Part shown: positions 19,856 through 29,762 of the stretch, piece by piece
How positions within the stretch are numbered: position 1 is the stretch's first letter
Layout of the letters: each line of letters starts with the position of its first letter
Source: Leptospira biflexa
Lineage (GTDB): Bacteria; Spirochaetota; Leptospiria; Turneriellales; DYLW01
Direction: 5' to 3'
NCBI GenBank assembly: GCA_020720785.1
Contig: DYOA01000009.1
Coordinates: forward strand, 844 to 64,843
Length of the DNA: 64,000 nucleotides
Program-made: the position numbers and the translations under genes
The notes under the pieces: generated by a model
The model's input: the letters and a program-made list of their open reading frames with translations, nothing else
Databases searched by the model: none
Told to the model about the DNA's origin: nothing

Positions 19856-22510
19856 ATGTATGAAAACCGGACAATATCTGCTTTTTTCCGTATTTTGTAT
19901 TTTCTCCCAGCGATAGCATTTTCATCCGTTTTTGGCGGCCAGATTGACAGTGAATACCTTCCTTACTATGTGGCCTCATCGGATTCCTGGTCCGGGTATC
20001 ATCCATCGTCCATGGTGATGCCACTGTCCTATGGTTTTTCCGGGTTTATACTGGATGAGGATTTTTCTCCTCCGTTTTATGGGGGTGGGCTTTTCTGGTT
20101 GCCCACTGCTTATTCCAATGTGTATTTTTCCGGAGCGACTCTCCCCGGCGATATCCGGAAAGCCCGGATGATTCTGGCCAGAGAGGATTCCCCTTACATT
20201 GCCTATGGGATGGCCGCGGGTACGGATTTTATCAGGAATACCTGGAACGGCGTTGCGTTGGAGCCCTCTCTCTGGGGGACAATTCCCATTCTAAGAAATA
20301 ATACAATGGGAGAAATAAAATTATCAACCCTGCTGACTATTCCTCTGGCATGGACAGAACAAAAAGAATCCGGAGAATACATTGCAGACAATCCGGTAAG
20401 GTTTGGTTTGGATTTACAGCTATTCCGGAGATATGGGTTTTCCTTTGGGTTTATTCATGGCCAGTTTTATTCATTTTCACAGAATTCCTTTCCCTCGATG
20501 ACAGGAGTTCAATGGGGATATTCCGGAAAGGGTAAGTTTGTTCTGAAAAATTCTTTTCTGGTGACCCAGGAAAATTCATACATTGGGAATTTTCTCTTGA
20601 GGAAGGAGTTTACCTCTTTTTTCCTGGAAGGGAATTACCATTACTATTACACAGGGGAGAGCTGGCACAACGCACAGATCACCTTTGGTTATTATTACAA
20701 CGACACCTCCCAGCCTTCCATAGAGATAAAGGAAAGGCCGGACTTTATTTCCCCCGATGGTAATAGCATCAAAGACACAGCAGATTTCCGTTTCCGGTTC
20801 CGGGATATGTCAAAAATCAGGGAATGGTATATTGGAATTTATGATGAAAATGACATGCTTGTCCGGAAATACAAGTCCGGAGAACCATGGGAGCAGGATA
20901 TTGAAGTTTGGGGATTCTGGAAAAATATTTTCCGGAGAAGCTCTGCCATTGGCATTCCGGAAAATGTCACCTGGGATGGGTATAAAAAAGCCGTGACCAG
21001 AAAAGAAATATATGAAGCCTATGGAACCATCCTTGAAAATGACAAACGGCTTCATGTATCCCCGGATGGGAAATTTCATTATGAGATATTCGCACGTGAT
21101 ATCTATGGCAACAAAACCACAATAAAAGGTCCTCCGCTTTTTATGCGTGCCTCCGGCAAATGGCCGGATCTGAAGACATCTTTTAACGGCACCGGTATGA
21201 CCATAAAAATTAATGGGTCCGCCAAATCTGTCAGGGAGAGTTTCAAACTGGAGGCTGCAATCCATCGGCCGGATAAAACCGTGATACTCCGGAAGGAATG
21301 GATGCTTTCCCCAGAGGAAAAAAATGCGGAATTCCATTTTGATTTTCCCGATGTTTATCAGGATGAGATTGCTTTTTATTCGGTTACTTCCTCCAATGCC
21401 GCAGGAAATTCGAAAAGCCTGGTTTTCCCCATCAGGAAGGAGGAATCCATCAGTTTTGAATATGCAAGACATAGAGAAGATATAGATTCAGAATTGTGGG
21501 GAAATATCATTCTTCATAAAGAGTTTGTGGAAAGTAAACAGATAACAAAAGTGGTCTTGGCGGAAAAAATTCCGGAAAAGGGGAAAATAAAAAATCCTCT
21601 TCTGGAATGGGGATTGGAAGAGTTTTTCAACGGGGCCAATACCGATAAAAAAGAAAAAACAGTATCCATACCTCTTAGTATATCCTCTCTCCAATCCAGA
21701 AAAGCAGGGGACGGGATTTATTACCTGCTGACTTTTTCCCAAACCGATGGATGGATGCCCCCCAAAAAAATCTGGGTGGATACCCATACTTCCGGATTAT
21801 CTCTCCGTACAACACCGGATTATCCCATCCCACAGGAAGAGTATCTTTATTCCGGAGTGAAATTTTCCTGGAATATAGAGGACTATTCTCCTGTGGAGAA
21901 TGTCTCTCTTTCCATCTATCAGGAAGCGGACGAAAAAAACACCGGCTTACGGGAACCTTTACTTATCCGGGAGTATAATTATACCGGTAAAATTCCGGAT
22001 TCTGTGGTTTGGGATGGGATATCCGGTTCCGGTTATCCGCCCGCATCCTTTGCCCGGTTTTTCGCCGTTTTGACTGTCACCGATGTGTGGAATAACAAAT
22101 CCGCTGTCCGCAGCAAAAGCATTTCCTATGGACTCTCTATGAAAAAAACCCTGACCGGTTATGAAATTGTTATGGAATATCCATTTTTGCATCACGATAC
22201 CGGAATCAAAAATGAACCCATTGCCCGCATGTATTATGCCTCATTAATAAATGCTCTGAAAAAATATAGTGCAGATAAAATCCAGATTTCCTGTCATACC
22301 GCCGGCACAGGGGATGAGCTGGAAAATCTGGAAAAAAGTGAGAAAAATGCCTTTGCATTGAAAAAGGCTCTGGTCAATTCCGGCATTGCCCCGGAAAAGA
22401 TCAGTTTTACCGGCAAGGGTGAAATTGAACCGGAACTGCCGGAGGAGAACCCTTATTATACCAGATTCAATGAGCGGATTGTTGTCCGCTTCATCCGGAA
22501 AAATCCTTAA
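19856..22510 (+). CDS. Large exported protein with FlgD/Ig-like repeats and C-terminal OmpA-like domain
   Basis: ISPDGNSIKD, repeated (V/T)WDG Ig-like motifs, C-terminal LVNSGIAPEKISFTGKGE...NERIV. Confidence 0.75.
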   Translation: MYENRTISAFFRILYFLPAIAFSSVFGGQIDSEYLPYYVASSDSWSGYHPSSMVMPLSYGFSGFILDEDFSPPFYGGGLFWLPTAYSNVYFSGATLPGDIRKARMILAREDSPYIAYGMAAGTDFIRNTWNGVALEPSLWGTIPILRNNTMGEIKLSTLLTIPLAWTEQKESGEYIADNPVRFGLDLQLFRRYGFSFGFIHGQFYSFSQNSFPSMTGVQWGYSGKGKFVLKNSFLVTQENSYIGNFLLRKEFTSFFLEGNYHYYYTGESWHNAQITFGYYYNDTSQPSIEIKERPDFISPDGNSIKDTADFRFRFRDMSKIREWYIGIYDENDMLVRKYKSGEPWEQDIEVWGFWKNIFRRSSAIGIPENVTWDGYKKAVTRKEIYEAYGTILENDKRLHVSPDGKFHYEIFARDIYGNKTTIKGPPLFMRASGKWPDLKTSFNGTGMTIKINGSAKSVRESFKLEAAIHRPDKTVILRKEWMLSPEEKNAEFHFDFPDVYQDEIAFYSVTSSNAAGNSKSLVFPIRKEESISFEYARHREDIDSELWGNIILHKEFVESKQITKVVLAEKIPEKGKIKNPLLEWGLEEFFNGANTDKKEKTVSIPLSISSLQSRKAGDGIYYLLTFSQTDGWMPPKKIWVDTHTSGLSLRTTPDYPIPQEEYLYSGVKFSWNIEDYSPVENVSLSIYQEADEKNTGLREPLLIREYNYTGKIPDSVVWDGISGSGYPPASFARFFAVLTVTDVWNNKSAVRSKSISYGLSMKKTLTGYEIVMEYPFLHHDTGIKNEPIARMYYASLINALKKYSADKIQISCHTAGTGDELENLEKSEKNAFALKKALVNSGIAPEKISFTGKGEIEPELPEENPYYTRFNERIVVRFIRKNP

Positions 22511-22832
22511 TTTCAAACTTTGCCCAGATGGCGTCAATGTCATAGTATTCACGTTTTTCTTCCAGAAAAAGATGTACAATAACATTCCCGTAATCCATCA
22601 ATGTCCACCCGCTTTCAATGTCATTATCCAGCGGGAAAGCTGGCCGGATGTTTACCGTTTTCAATTCATCATGGACGGCAACCATCGTTGTTTTCAGATG
22701 AATGGGACTTAACGAAGTGGCAATCACAATGTAGTCTGCGATGCTGGATTGTTCAGCAGGATAATACACGCGTATTTTTTCTGCCTTCTTGGAATCCAAA
22801 ACGGATATAATTGTATTTATTGTTTTTATCAT
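22491..22832 (-). CDS. rsfS: Ribosome silencing factor RsfS
   Basis: KKAEKI, ADYIVIAT, SGWTLMDYGNVIVHLF...REYYDIDAIW. Confidence 0.93.
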   Translation of the reverse strand: MIKTINTIISVLDSKKAEKIRVYYPAEQSSIADYIVIATSLSPIHLKTTMVAVHDELKTVNIRPAFPLDNDIESGWTLMDYGNVIVHLFLEEKREYYDIDAIWAKFEIKDFSG

Positions 22833-23999
22833 TCAGTTTAGCTCTAATTCTTTGTAATCATTCCCTATGACAATGATCATATCCGTAAAATAAGACCTGT
22901 TAACGGAATAATAAACGCGGGGTATATTCAAAAGCCGGGATACCGATTGGATATAATAAAAGTTTGCATTCACATCCACCAGAATGCTGTTTTGATAGTC
23001 ATGTTCATCGGCATTGGAAAATTCCAGCACTTTCAACCCTTTTCTGTCCGCCAGGGAGCGTACTTTTCTGGCCAGATTAGGTACCATGGTCCCATTCTTG
23101 ATTTCAATCCGTGGTTCCCTGTCCAGAAATGGATTGGGGGGTGAATTCAGATCCTCCATTAATTTTTTCACATATAAGGCTGTGGAATCCACGTCAATTA
23201 TAAAAATATCTTTTTCTCTTTTTAAGGGAATTTCTATAAATATGGGAATCCAGGAATTATCGGTAAAAAGATGCCGGGCCAGGGAGTATAATTCCTTTTC
23301 AGAAAGATCTGTTTTGATTCCTTCTGTGAGCATGCTGAAAACTCCTTCATGCGAAAGAATTTTCCATTTGCTTTCTCTGTTCTGCCAGAGATTCAGTGCC
23401 AGACTGTAATAACGGAACAGTGTCAATGCCGGAGAGAATTCGTTATCCCCATCATGGGCCAGGTATTGTTGGACTATTTCTCCGTCCATGATAAATTCTC
23501 CAGTGGGTATTTTCTCATCTTTGATTAAATCCACACCGGATAGAAAAAAAGGAACACCTTCCGCTATGTCCAGGGCCTTAACAGTACTCTTCATATCATA
23601 TTCAATCTGGTATTTGGGGGAAATATTCAGGAGACGGGAAATTTCCTTTTTAACAGATCCCTTCTCATTGTTAAACATTTTTTCCTGAAGGGATGTCTCC
23701 TGATTGGAAAATCTGGTCTGCGGATAGAATGATATCACCCCGATTCTTTTTGTTTGAGGATTGATTAATACAAAGGAGACATGATTCAGATCTTTCCGTG
23801 ATTCTCCAAAACCGTACACCAGTATGGAAAAACTTTCATTCCGGGAAAAATAGATATCTGTCTGTGACCGATGCAGAAATACAAATGCCTGGTATCCTAT
23901 AAAAATAAATATCCCGATAAATCCTGTCAAAAATAATGCAACTCTGGAAATGTTTTTCCAGTAATGGTTCTTTTTTATTGTGGGGTGGTAGAGGCTCAT
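22833..23999 (-). CDS. LCP-like protein with LytR C-terminal domain
   Basis: N-terminal TM, EIKNGTMVPNLA, NAD...Y..S, DMIIVIGND; yqeK-LCP-rsfS synteny. Confidence 0.78.
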   Translation of the reverse strand: MSLYHPTIKKNHYWKNISRVALFLTGFIGIFIFIGYQAFVFLHRSQTDIYFSRNESFSILVYGFGESRKDLNHVSFVLINPQTKRIGVISFYPQTRFSNQETSLQEKMFNNEKGSVKKEISRLLNISPKYQIEYDMKSTVKALDIAEGVPFFLSGVDLIKDEKIPTGEFIMDGEIVQQYLAHDGDNEFSPALTLFRYYSLALNLWQNRESKWKILSHEGVFSMLTEGIKTDLSEKELYSLARHLFTDNSWIPIFIEIPLKREKDIFIIDVDSTALYVKKLMEDLNSPPNPFLDREPRIEIKNGTMVPNLARKVRSLADRKGLKVLEFSNADEHDYQNSILVDVNANFYYIQSVSRLLNIPRVYYSVNRSYFTDMIIVIGNDYKELELN

Positions 24000-24619
24000 T
24001 TTTTTATTACAGTATTATAATAGTTAATCGTATCGGGGTGAACCGGTAAACCGTTTTTTATCAGATACAGGAGAGATTTCTGAATTTTTTTTAAGGCAAT
24101 TACGTGTAGCGGTCGGGTTATCTCCATGGTTGCTTTTCTGTTTTTCATAGATCCCAGATAATCTGCGGCAAAAACAATTTCCGCTACCGTATCCATGTCC
24201 GGATGACCAGTGGTATGGTATTCAATGGCGTCCCGAATCTGGGCATTATCCATTTTGAATTTTTTATTGATAAAGATATACCCGGATTTGGAATGCAGAA
24301 TTCTTTCCGGCAGATCATACCAGCTTTTAGCCACATTGGCGGTTTTGAATAATTTATAATGGCAGTCTGTTTTGCATTCCTTGGTGATGTCATGGGCAAG
24401 GGCAGCCAGAAAAGCATTCTGAGTGGCTTTGGAATTTTCCTTGAAATATACCCGGCTTAACAGCATGGCATATTCCGCTGTCAGAAAAATATGATTTCTC
24501 CGGTACTCAGATACGTTTTTTTCCAGATAACGGATGATTTTCTCCGCTGTGTTTTCCACTCCCAGAAGACGGGATTTTTCTTTCATTTCCTGCGATGTGG
24601 GAGCAAAGTATTCTTTCAT
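23996..24619 (-). CDS. yqeK: HD-domain YqeK-like Ap4A hydrolase
   Basis: LAALAHDITK, LH, YHTTG, ADY. Confidence 0.85.
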   Translation of the reverse strand: MKEYFAPTSQEMKEKSRLLGVENTAEKIIRYLEKNVSEYRRNHIFLTAEYAMLLSRVYFKENSKATQNAFLAALAHDITKECKTDCHYKLFKTANVAKSWYDLPERILHSKSGYIFINKKFKMDNAQIRDAIEYHTTGHPDMDTVAEIVFAADYLGSMKNRKATMEITRPLHVIALKKIQKSLLYLIKNGLPVHPDTINYYNTVIKK

Positions 24620-27057
24620 TTTTTTTCCGGAGAACCCTGCTTCTGGCCTGTCAAGGATAAATTTATGGTAAAAACAGCACCATGGTCTGAATTCTTCACC
24701 GTAAGCCTTCCGTGCATTTTATTTTCTATAATAGTTTTGGACATGTAAAGCCCAATGCCGGTTCCTGCATGTTCCCCCTTTGTGGTAAAATAGGGGTCAA
24801 ATATTTTATGGATTATTTTTTCCGGAACACCACCGGCGTCGTCTTCAATATGAATGGTGCATTCATTACTCTCAGCCAGAATCTGGACAAATACTTTGCC
24901 TGCATCTGCCGCAATTTCCCTCCGGGCAAGGATGGCATCCTTTGCGTTGATTAAAATATTCATAATCACATGTTTAAATTCATTGGCATAGCCCAGGGTA
25001 TACACATCTTTCCCCTGGGTCAGGAAAGAAGAGTCAAAAACGTCATCATTTCCCATTTTAAGATATTCCTCGTTCTGGCAGCAGCGCATATGAACACCAA
25101 TGGAACTTGCAGTAAACTGAGGAAGTATCAGACGGATAATTTCCATGACTGCGGAATGCACACTGAAAAGTTCTTTGCTCCGGTCAATTTTGAAAAAATC
25201 CCGGAAGTTGTCAATGGTATTGGACATGAAATTTATGTACTGCATGGACTTGGATACCATGGAATCCACATAGGCGGAATCCACCTCCTGAAATTCATAG
25301 CTTTCTTTCAGATCCTGAACCAAAAGTGCAATGATATTCAATGGTTGCCGCCATTGGTGGGCAATCATGGCAATCATTTCTCCCATGGCTGCGAGTTTGG
25401 ACTGCTGGATCAGAAGTTGTTCCTGGCGTTTCTGTTTTTGTTCGGATTCAATTTGTATGGTAATATCCCGGATCACCCCAATAGATTTTAAGGAGCCATC
25501 CAGAATAATATTGGTAACGGATAAATCAATGGGGAATGTGGATTTATCCTTCCGTGTAGCCATCAGCACCAGAGACAGGTTGGAATTATCCATATTTTCC
25601 ACTATGGAATCTGATAACAGTTTGGATCTTTCATCCAGAAAACGGGAATTTAATATAAGCTGGTCAAAGTGAACCCGGGAGAGTTCGGAAGCATTATAAC
25701 CAAACATGTCCTCCGTACTGCGGTTCCAGTGTGAAAGAAGTCCGTTTTCATCCGTCAGTATAATGGAATCATTGACCCTGTCCATAATCATCCGCAAGCG
25801 GTCTTCACTTTCAATGATCTGTTCCGTCATCTGCTTTTTTTCTGTGATGTCAATGACAGCCACAACCGCATGCTCCATACCATAGTTGGACTGGATGGAA
25901 GATGCGGAAATGGTCACCCACTTTACGCTGTGGTCTTTGGGGTCCAGACGAATGTCTGTATTGATATTATCAATATTTCCCCGGACTATCTGCTTAAAGA
26001 TAATCGCATCTCTTTCCAGATCATCCGGATGCAGAATGGTCTGGATGTTATGTCCAATGATTTCTTCTTTTTGGTATTGGAGTAGGGTCAGAATCTGGGG
26101 ATTTGCTTCCACAATCTTTTCACCGGAGTCCAGGATAATAATGCCGATGGGAGAATGTTCAAATATATGACGGAACTGGATTTCGCTTTTATTTCTTTTC
26201 TGGATTTCCCTGGCCACTTTCTTTTCCAAGGTCTGGCTGAGTGCCACCAGTTCCGTTTCCAGGTGCTTCCGCTCGGTGATGTCCACTATTGTGCCAATGA
26301 TCCCCGCATTTTTTTTATTTTCATCAAAGAAAACAGAGCGGTAAAGTATAACATTCCGGACATTTCCATCGCCCCGGGGTAGGGTGGTTTCATACTCCTG
26401 GGTGACTCCTTCCCGGAAAAGCTGCTCATCGGCCTGGGAAAGGATTGCGGCATTATCCGGTGGCCAGATTTCAAAAACAGTCCGCCCAAAGATTTCCTCT
26501 TTTTTCAGATTTAAAAATTTTTCCATGGCGTCATTTAATCCCATATATTTCCCATTTGAATCTTTGTAAAAAACAGGATTGGGGATTGTGTTGATCAGGG
26601 TTTGCAGAAACTGAACCAAGTACTGCATTTGGGCATTGGTTTCTGAATTCTGAAGGTTTTCAAGCTCAAGATTTTTTTCTTTCTCCATAATCTGGATATG
26701 ATATTGTATTTTCCCCAGCAAATAATCCCGGGTCAAATCAAAGGGCATACAGTCAAAATTGGCGGGCAACACCTTCATCTCCGCCGGCAATCCGGTCTCT
26801 ATGATTCCGGAAACCAGCACGGGTACTGTGAGCATTTTTTCATTGTTGATAATTTGTTGCCAGTTCTTTTCAGTGAGCGGTTGTTCCACGGATTGGATAA
26901 TGATGGCGATATGAATTCTTCCCTTTTCCAGAAAATCCGGGAGGGAATCCGGGTGCGGGACAATATCCACGCGTAACGATCCGATGGGCTTTAACCATTC
27001 CTGAATTTCACTTTTTAAAGGAGATGACCCACCCAGCAGGAGTGCATTGAACCCCAT
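24616..27057 (-). CDS. Cytoplasmic multi-PAS sensor histidine kinase
   Basis: Three PAS/PAC units (DITERK, DITEKK, DITIQ), H-box AHQWRQPLN, N-box NAKDA, G-boxes DDAGG/GTGIGL. Confidence 0.92.
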   Translation of the reverse strand: MGFNALLLGGSSPLKSEIQEWLKPIGSLRVDIVPHPDSLPDFLEKGRIHIAIIIQSVEQPLTEKNWQQIINNEKMLTVPVLVSGIIETGLPAEMKVLPANFDCMPFDLTRDYLLGKIQYHIQIMEKEKNLELENLQNSETNAQMQYLVQFLQTLINTIPNPVFYKDSNGKYMGLNDAMEKFLNLKKEEIFGRTVFEIWPPDNAAILSQADEQLFREGVTQEYETTLPRGDGNVRNVILYRSVFFDENKKNAGIIGTIVDITERKHLETELVALSQTLEKKVAREIQKRNKSEIQFRHIFEHSPIGIIILDSGEKIVEANPQILTLLQYQKEEIIGHNIQTILHPDDLERDAIIFKQIVRGNIDNINTDIRLDPKDHSVKWVTISASSIQSNYGMEHAVVAVIDITEKKQMTEQIIESEDRLRMIMDRVNDSIILTDENGLLSHWNRSTEDMFGYNASELSRVHFDQLILNSRFLDERSKLLSDSIVENMDNSNLSLVLMATRKDKSTFPIDLSVTNIILDGSLKSIGVIRDITIQIESEQKQKRQEQLLIQQSKLAAMGEMIAMIAHQWRQPLNIIALLVQDLKESYEFQEVDSAYVDSMVSKSMQYINFMSNTIDNFRDFFKIDRSKELFSVHSAVMEIIRLILPQFTASSIGVHMRCCQNEEYLKMGNDDVFDSSFLTQGKDVYTLGYANEFKHVIMNILINAKDAILARREIAADAGKVFVQILAESNECTIHIEDDAGGVPEKIIHKIFDPYFTTKGEHAGTGIGLYMSKTIIENKMHGRLTVKNSDHGAVFTINLSLTGQKQGSPEKK

Positions 27058-27081
27058 TAGTCAGGAATTTGCCCGGAGACT

Positions 27082-29433
27082 TCATGTAAACTCTATTCCA
27101 CCGGACAAATGCCGGTTCCCGTAAAACGCCTGCCCCAGGGAAATTCCGCCGTCGTTCACGGGAACGCTGCGGTTTGTGTACACGGTAAATCCAGTAGCCC
27201 GTAGCAGGGCGATGGATTTTTCTATTAAATAGTGGTTTTGAAAAACCCCGCCGGAAAGAGCCACCCGCCGCAGTCCGGATCTTTGTGCGGCCTGGAGGAT
27301 GAGGTGAGCCAGGGTATTGTGAAACTTCCGGGAAATTATAGCGACACTCCGGGTTTCCAGATCTGCCAGGATCTCTTCTATCATTTTATGAAAGCGGATT
27401 CTCCCCGGTGCGGATGGGGTTTCCGGTTCCAGGATCTGCAGGGAATAAAGAGATTCCTCTGCGGGGTTTTCATTGCCGGTTATGGCATATTCCAGAGACA
27501 TGGACGCCTCTCCTTCATGGGAGATGCTTCCGTTGAATCCGCAGAGGGCAGAAACCGCATCAAAGAGGCGTCCCATACTGGTGGTTCGCGGTGTCCGGAG
27601 ATTTTTCTCCAGCATGGTATAAAATATTTTCTTGTCTGCGGGCGTTAGCATTATTTTTTCATATCTGCGTTCCCAGCGGGTAGTCAGGGCATCCCAGGAA
27701 TCATAGTCTGAGCTCATCTGGCGGAATATCCCAAAAAGCACCCTCCAGGGTTCTTTCACAGCTTTTTCCGATCCTGGCAGAAAGAATGGCTCCAGGGATA
27801 TAATTCTTTCATAGCTGCCAGAATCGGCCAGTAAAAACTCAGATCCCCAGATATCCCCGTCATCTCCGTAACCAGTTCCATCCCAGGACACCCCCAGGAT
27901 TTTTTCTTCCCGGGTGTCCAGCCGGTGTTCCGCAATCACGGAAAGGATATGTGCATAATGATGCTGTACGGAAAGATGCGGGATGTTGCGTTCCCGTGCA
28001 TAGCGGATGGCAAATTCCGTGGAAAGATATCCGGGATGTTTATCGCTCACCACCGCTTCTGGCGTGATTTCCAACAGGGATTCAAGATCTGCCATTATGC
28101 GGGTAAACGCTGAATATGTCTTTTCATTTTCCAGATCGCCAATGTGCTGGGACAAAAATATATTCCCCCTCCGGGACAGAGCCACCGTGTTTTTCAGATG
28201 TGCCCCCGTGGCCAGAATACACCGATTTACATGCGGATTGCGGATAGGAAGGGGAGCATGCCCCCGTGCCCGCCGAAGAAGAGAGATTTCTCCGGACACA
28301 ATTTTTACCACGGAGTCATCCACCGCCCGTTCGATGGGGCGATTATGGGATAGAAAAAAATCGGCAATGGAACCCAGCTCCCGCAGTGCCTCCGCATTAT
28401 CAATGCAAATGGGTTCATTGGAAAGATTGCCGGAAGTGGCCACTACCGGAAAGTCCGTCGTGGTCAGAAGAAGGTGGTGCAGGGGGGTATAAGGAAGCAT
28501 AATGCCCAGTCGTGGATTACCAAATGCCACGGAGGGGGCAATCCCGCTTTCCGGGGTCTGCTTTCTTTCCAGCAGGACAATGGGGGCAGACGCGGAAAGG
28601 AGAAGCTCTTCTTCCAGAGGGGAAATGGACACCTCCGCCCGTGCGGATTCCAGAGAGGGAAACATGGCCGCCAACGGTTTTCTTTCCCTGTGCTTCCTCT
28701 CCCTCAGTGTCCGGACAGCCTCCTCATTCCGGGCATCCGCCAGAAGCTGGTATCCGCCCAGCCCTTTGAGTGCGATAATTTTTCCTCCTTGCAGAAATTC
28801 CGCCACCTTGTGGATAATCCCTGCGTCGCCCGGTTCTTCCGGGACCAGAGACATCCCGGCGGAATCCGTCAGGCTAAGGGAAGGGCCGCAGCAGGCACAG
28901 GCATTGGGCTGGGCGTGGAATCTCCGGTTTTCCGGATTGTGGTATTCTTCTTCACATTCTGGACAGAAAGTAAATTCCGCCATGGTGGTTTTGGGGCGGT
29001 CATACGGCAGACCCCGGATGATGGAAAAACGAGGTCCGCAGTTGGTGCAGTTGGTGAACGGATAAAAATACCGCCTACCTGCGGAATCCAGAATATCCTG
29101 CCGGCATTCCGGGCAGGTGGCAAGATCGGGCAGGATCAAAACAGTGGCTTTTTCTTCCTCCCGGCTCTGGATAATTTTAAAATCCGTAAAACTCTCTGTG
29201 TCCTCCAAAGAAACGGATTCAAATTCATGGATGACGGCAAAGGGTGGCTTTTTTTTCTGCAAATCCCTTTCAAAGTTCTGCATATTTTCCGGGCTTCCTT
29301 CTGCGTGCACTTCCACGCCATGGGAGGAATTATTCACCCATCCCCGGATTTTATTTTCCTGTGCCAGCCGGTACACAAAGGGGCGATATCCCACGCCCTG
29401 CACCACGCCACGGATAAATATTTTTTTCCTCAT
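27082..29433 (-). CDS. hypF: [NiFe]-hydrogenase maturation carbamoyltransferase HypF
   Basis: GVVQGVGYRP acylphosphatase, CxxC...CTNCGPR zinc fingers, KGLGG, SQHIGDL, HHYAH, DGTGYG, NDGGISLGQ. Confidence 0.97.
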   Translation of the reverse strand: MRKKIFIRGVVQGVGYRPFVYRLAQENKIRGWVNNSSHGVEVHAEGSPENMQNFERDLQKKKPPFAVIHEFESVSLEDTESFTDFKIIQSREEEKATVLILPDLATCPECRQDILDSAGRRYFYPFTNCTNCGPRFSIIRGLPYDRPKTTMAEFTFCPECEEEYHNPENRRFHAQPNACACCGPSLSLTDSAGMSLVPEEPGDAGIIHKVAEFLQGGKIIALKGLGGYQLLADARNEEAVRTLRERKHRERKPLAAMFPSLESARAEVSISPLEEELLLSASAPIVLLERKQTPESGIAPSVAFGNPRLGIMLPYTPLHHLLLTTTDFPVVATSGNLSNEPICIDNAEALRELGSIADFFLSHNRPIERAVDDSVVKIVSGEISLLRRARGHAPLPIRNPHVNRCILATGAHLKNTVALSRRGNIFLSQHIGDLENEKTYSAFTRIMADLESLLEITPEAVVSDKHPGYLSTEFAIRYARERNIPHLSVQHHYAHILSVIAEHRLDTREEKILGVSWDGTGYGDDGDIWGSEFLLADSGSYERIISLEPFFLPGSEKAVKEPWRVLFGIFRQMSSDYDSWDALTTRWERRYEKIMLTPADKKIFYTMLEKNLRTPRTTSMGRLFDAVSALCGFNGSISHEGEASMSLEYAITGNENPAEESLYSLQILEPETPSAPGRIRFHKMIEEILADLETRSVAIISRKFHNTLAHLILQAAQRSGLRRVALSGGVFQNHYLIEKSIALLRATGFTVYTNRSVPVNDGGISLGQAFYGNRHLSGGIEFT

Positions 29434-29636
29434 TGGCTCTGCCCTTTTTATTGGTGATATTCCCTGACCCTCCGTGGCGGGCAAGATATTTTCGGGTCGA
29501 TGAGCATATTCAGCGGAGATTACCCTGCGGTTTATATGGTTTTAATATAGTTTTGCCGTTGCCATCGTTGCGTTTGCCCCGGATCTTGGGAGAGAGCATA
29601 CGGGAATAAAAACTTTGCCATTTGGAAAAGAGCACT

Positions 29637-29674
29637 TTGACAGGCGTCTCATTAAGATAATGATTTCCATTATC
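29637..29674 (+). promoter_or_regulatory. TTGACA -35 element followed by a Fur-family box
   Basis: TTGACA at 29637-29642; GATAATGATTTCCATTATC at 29656-29674, 16/19 match to Fur consensus GATAATGATAATCATTATC. Confidence 0.65.
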
Positions 29675-29762
29675 AATCATAGGAAATAATAAGCCTTTTT
29701 TTCTTTACAGGATAACCGGTCTTCCCCGGATTGAATCAGAACAAAAATTCAGGAGAAGGATA

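Noticed and set aside
28474..29457. 327-aa plus-strand ORF
   Set aside because: Antisense to hypF; typical shadow frame in GC-richer coding DNA
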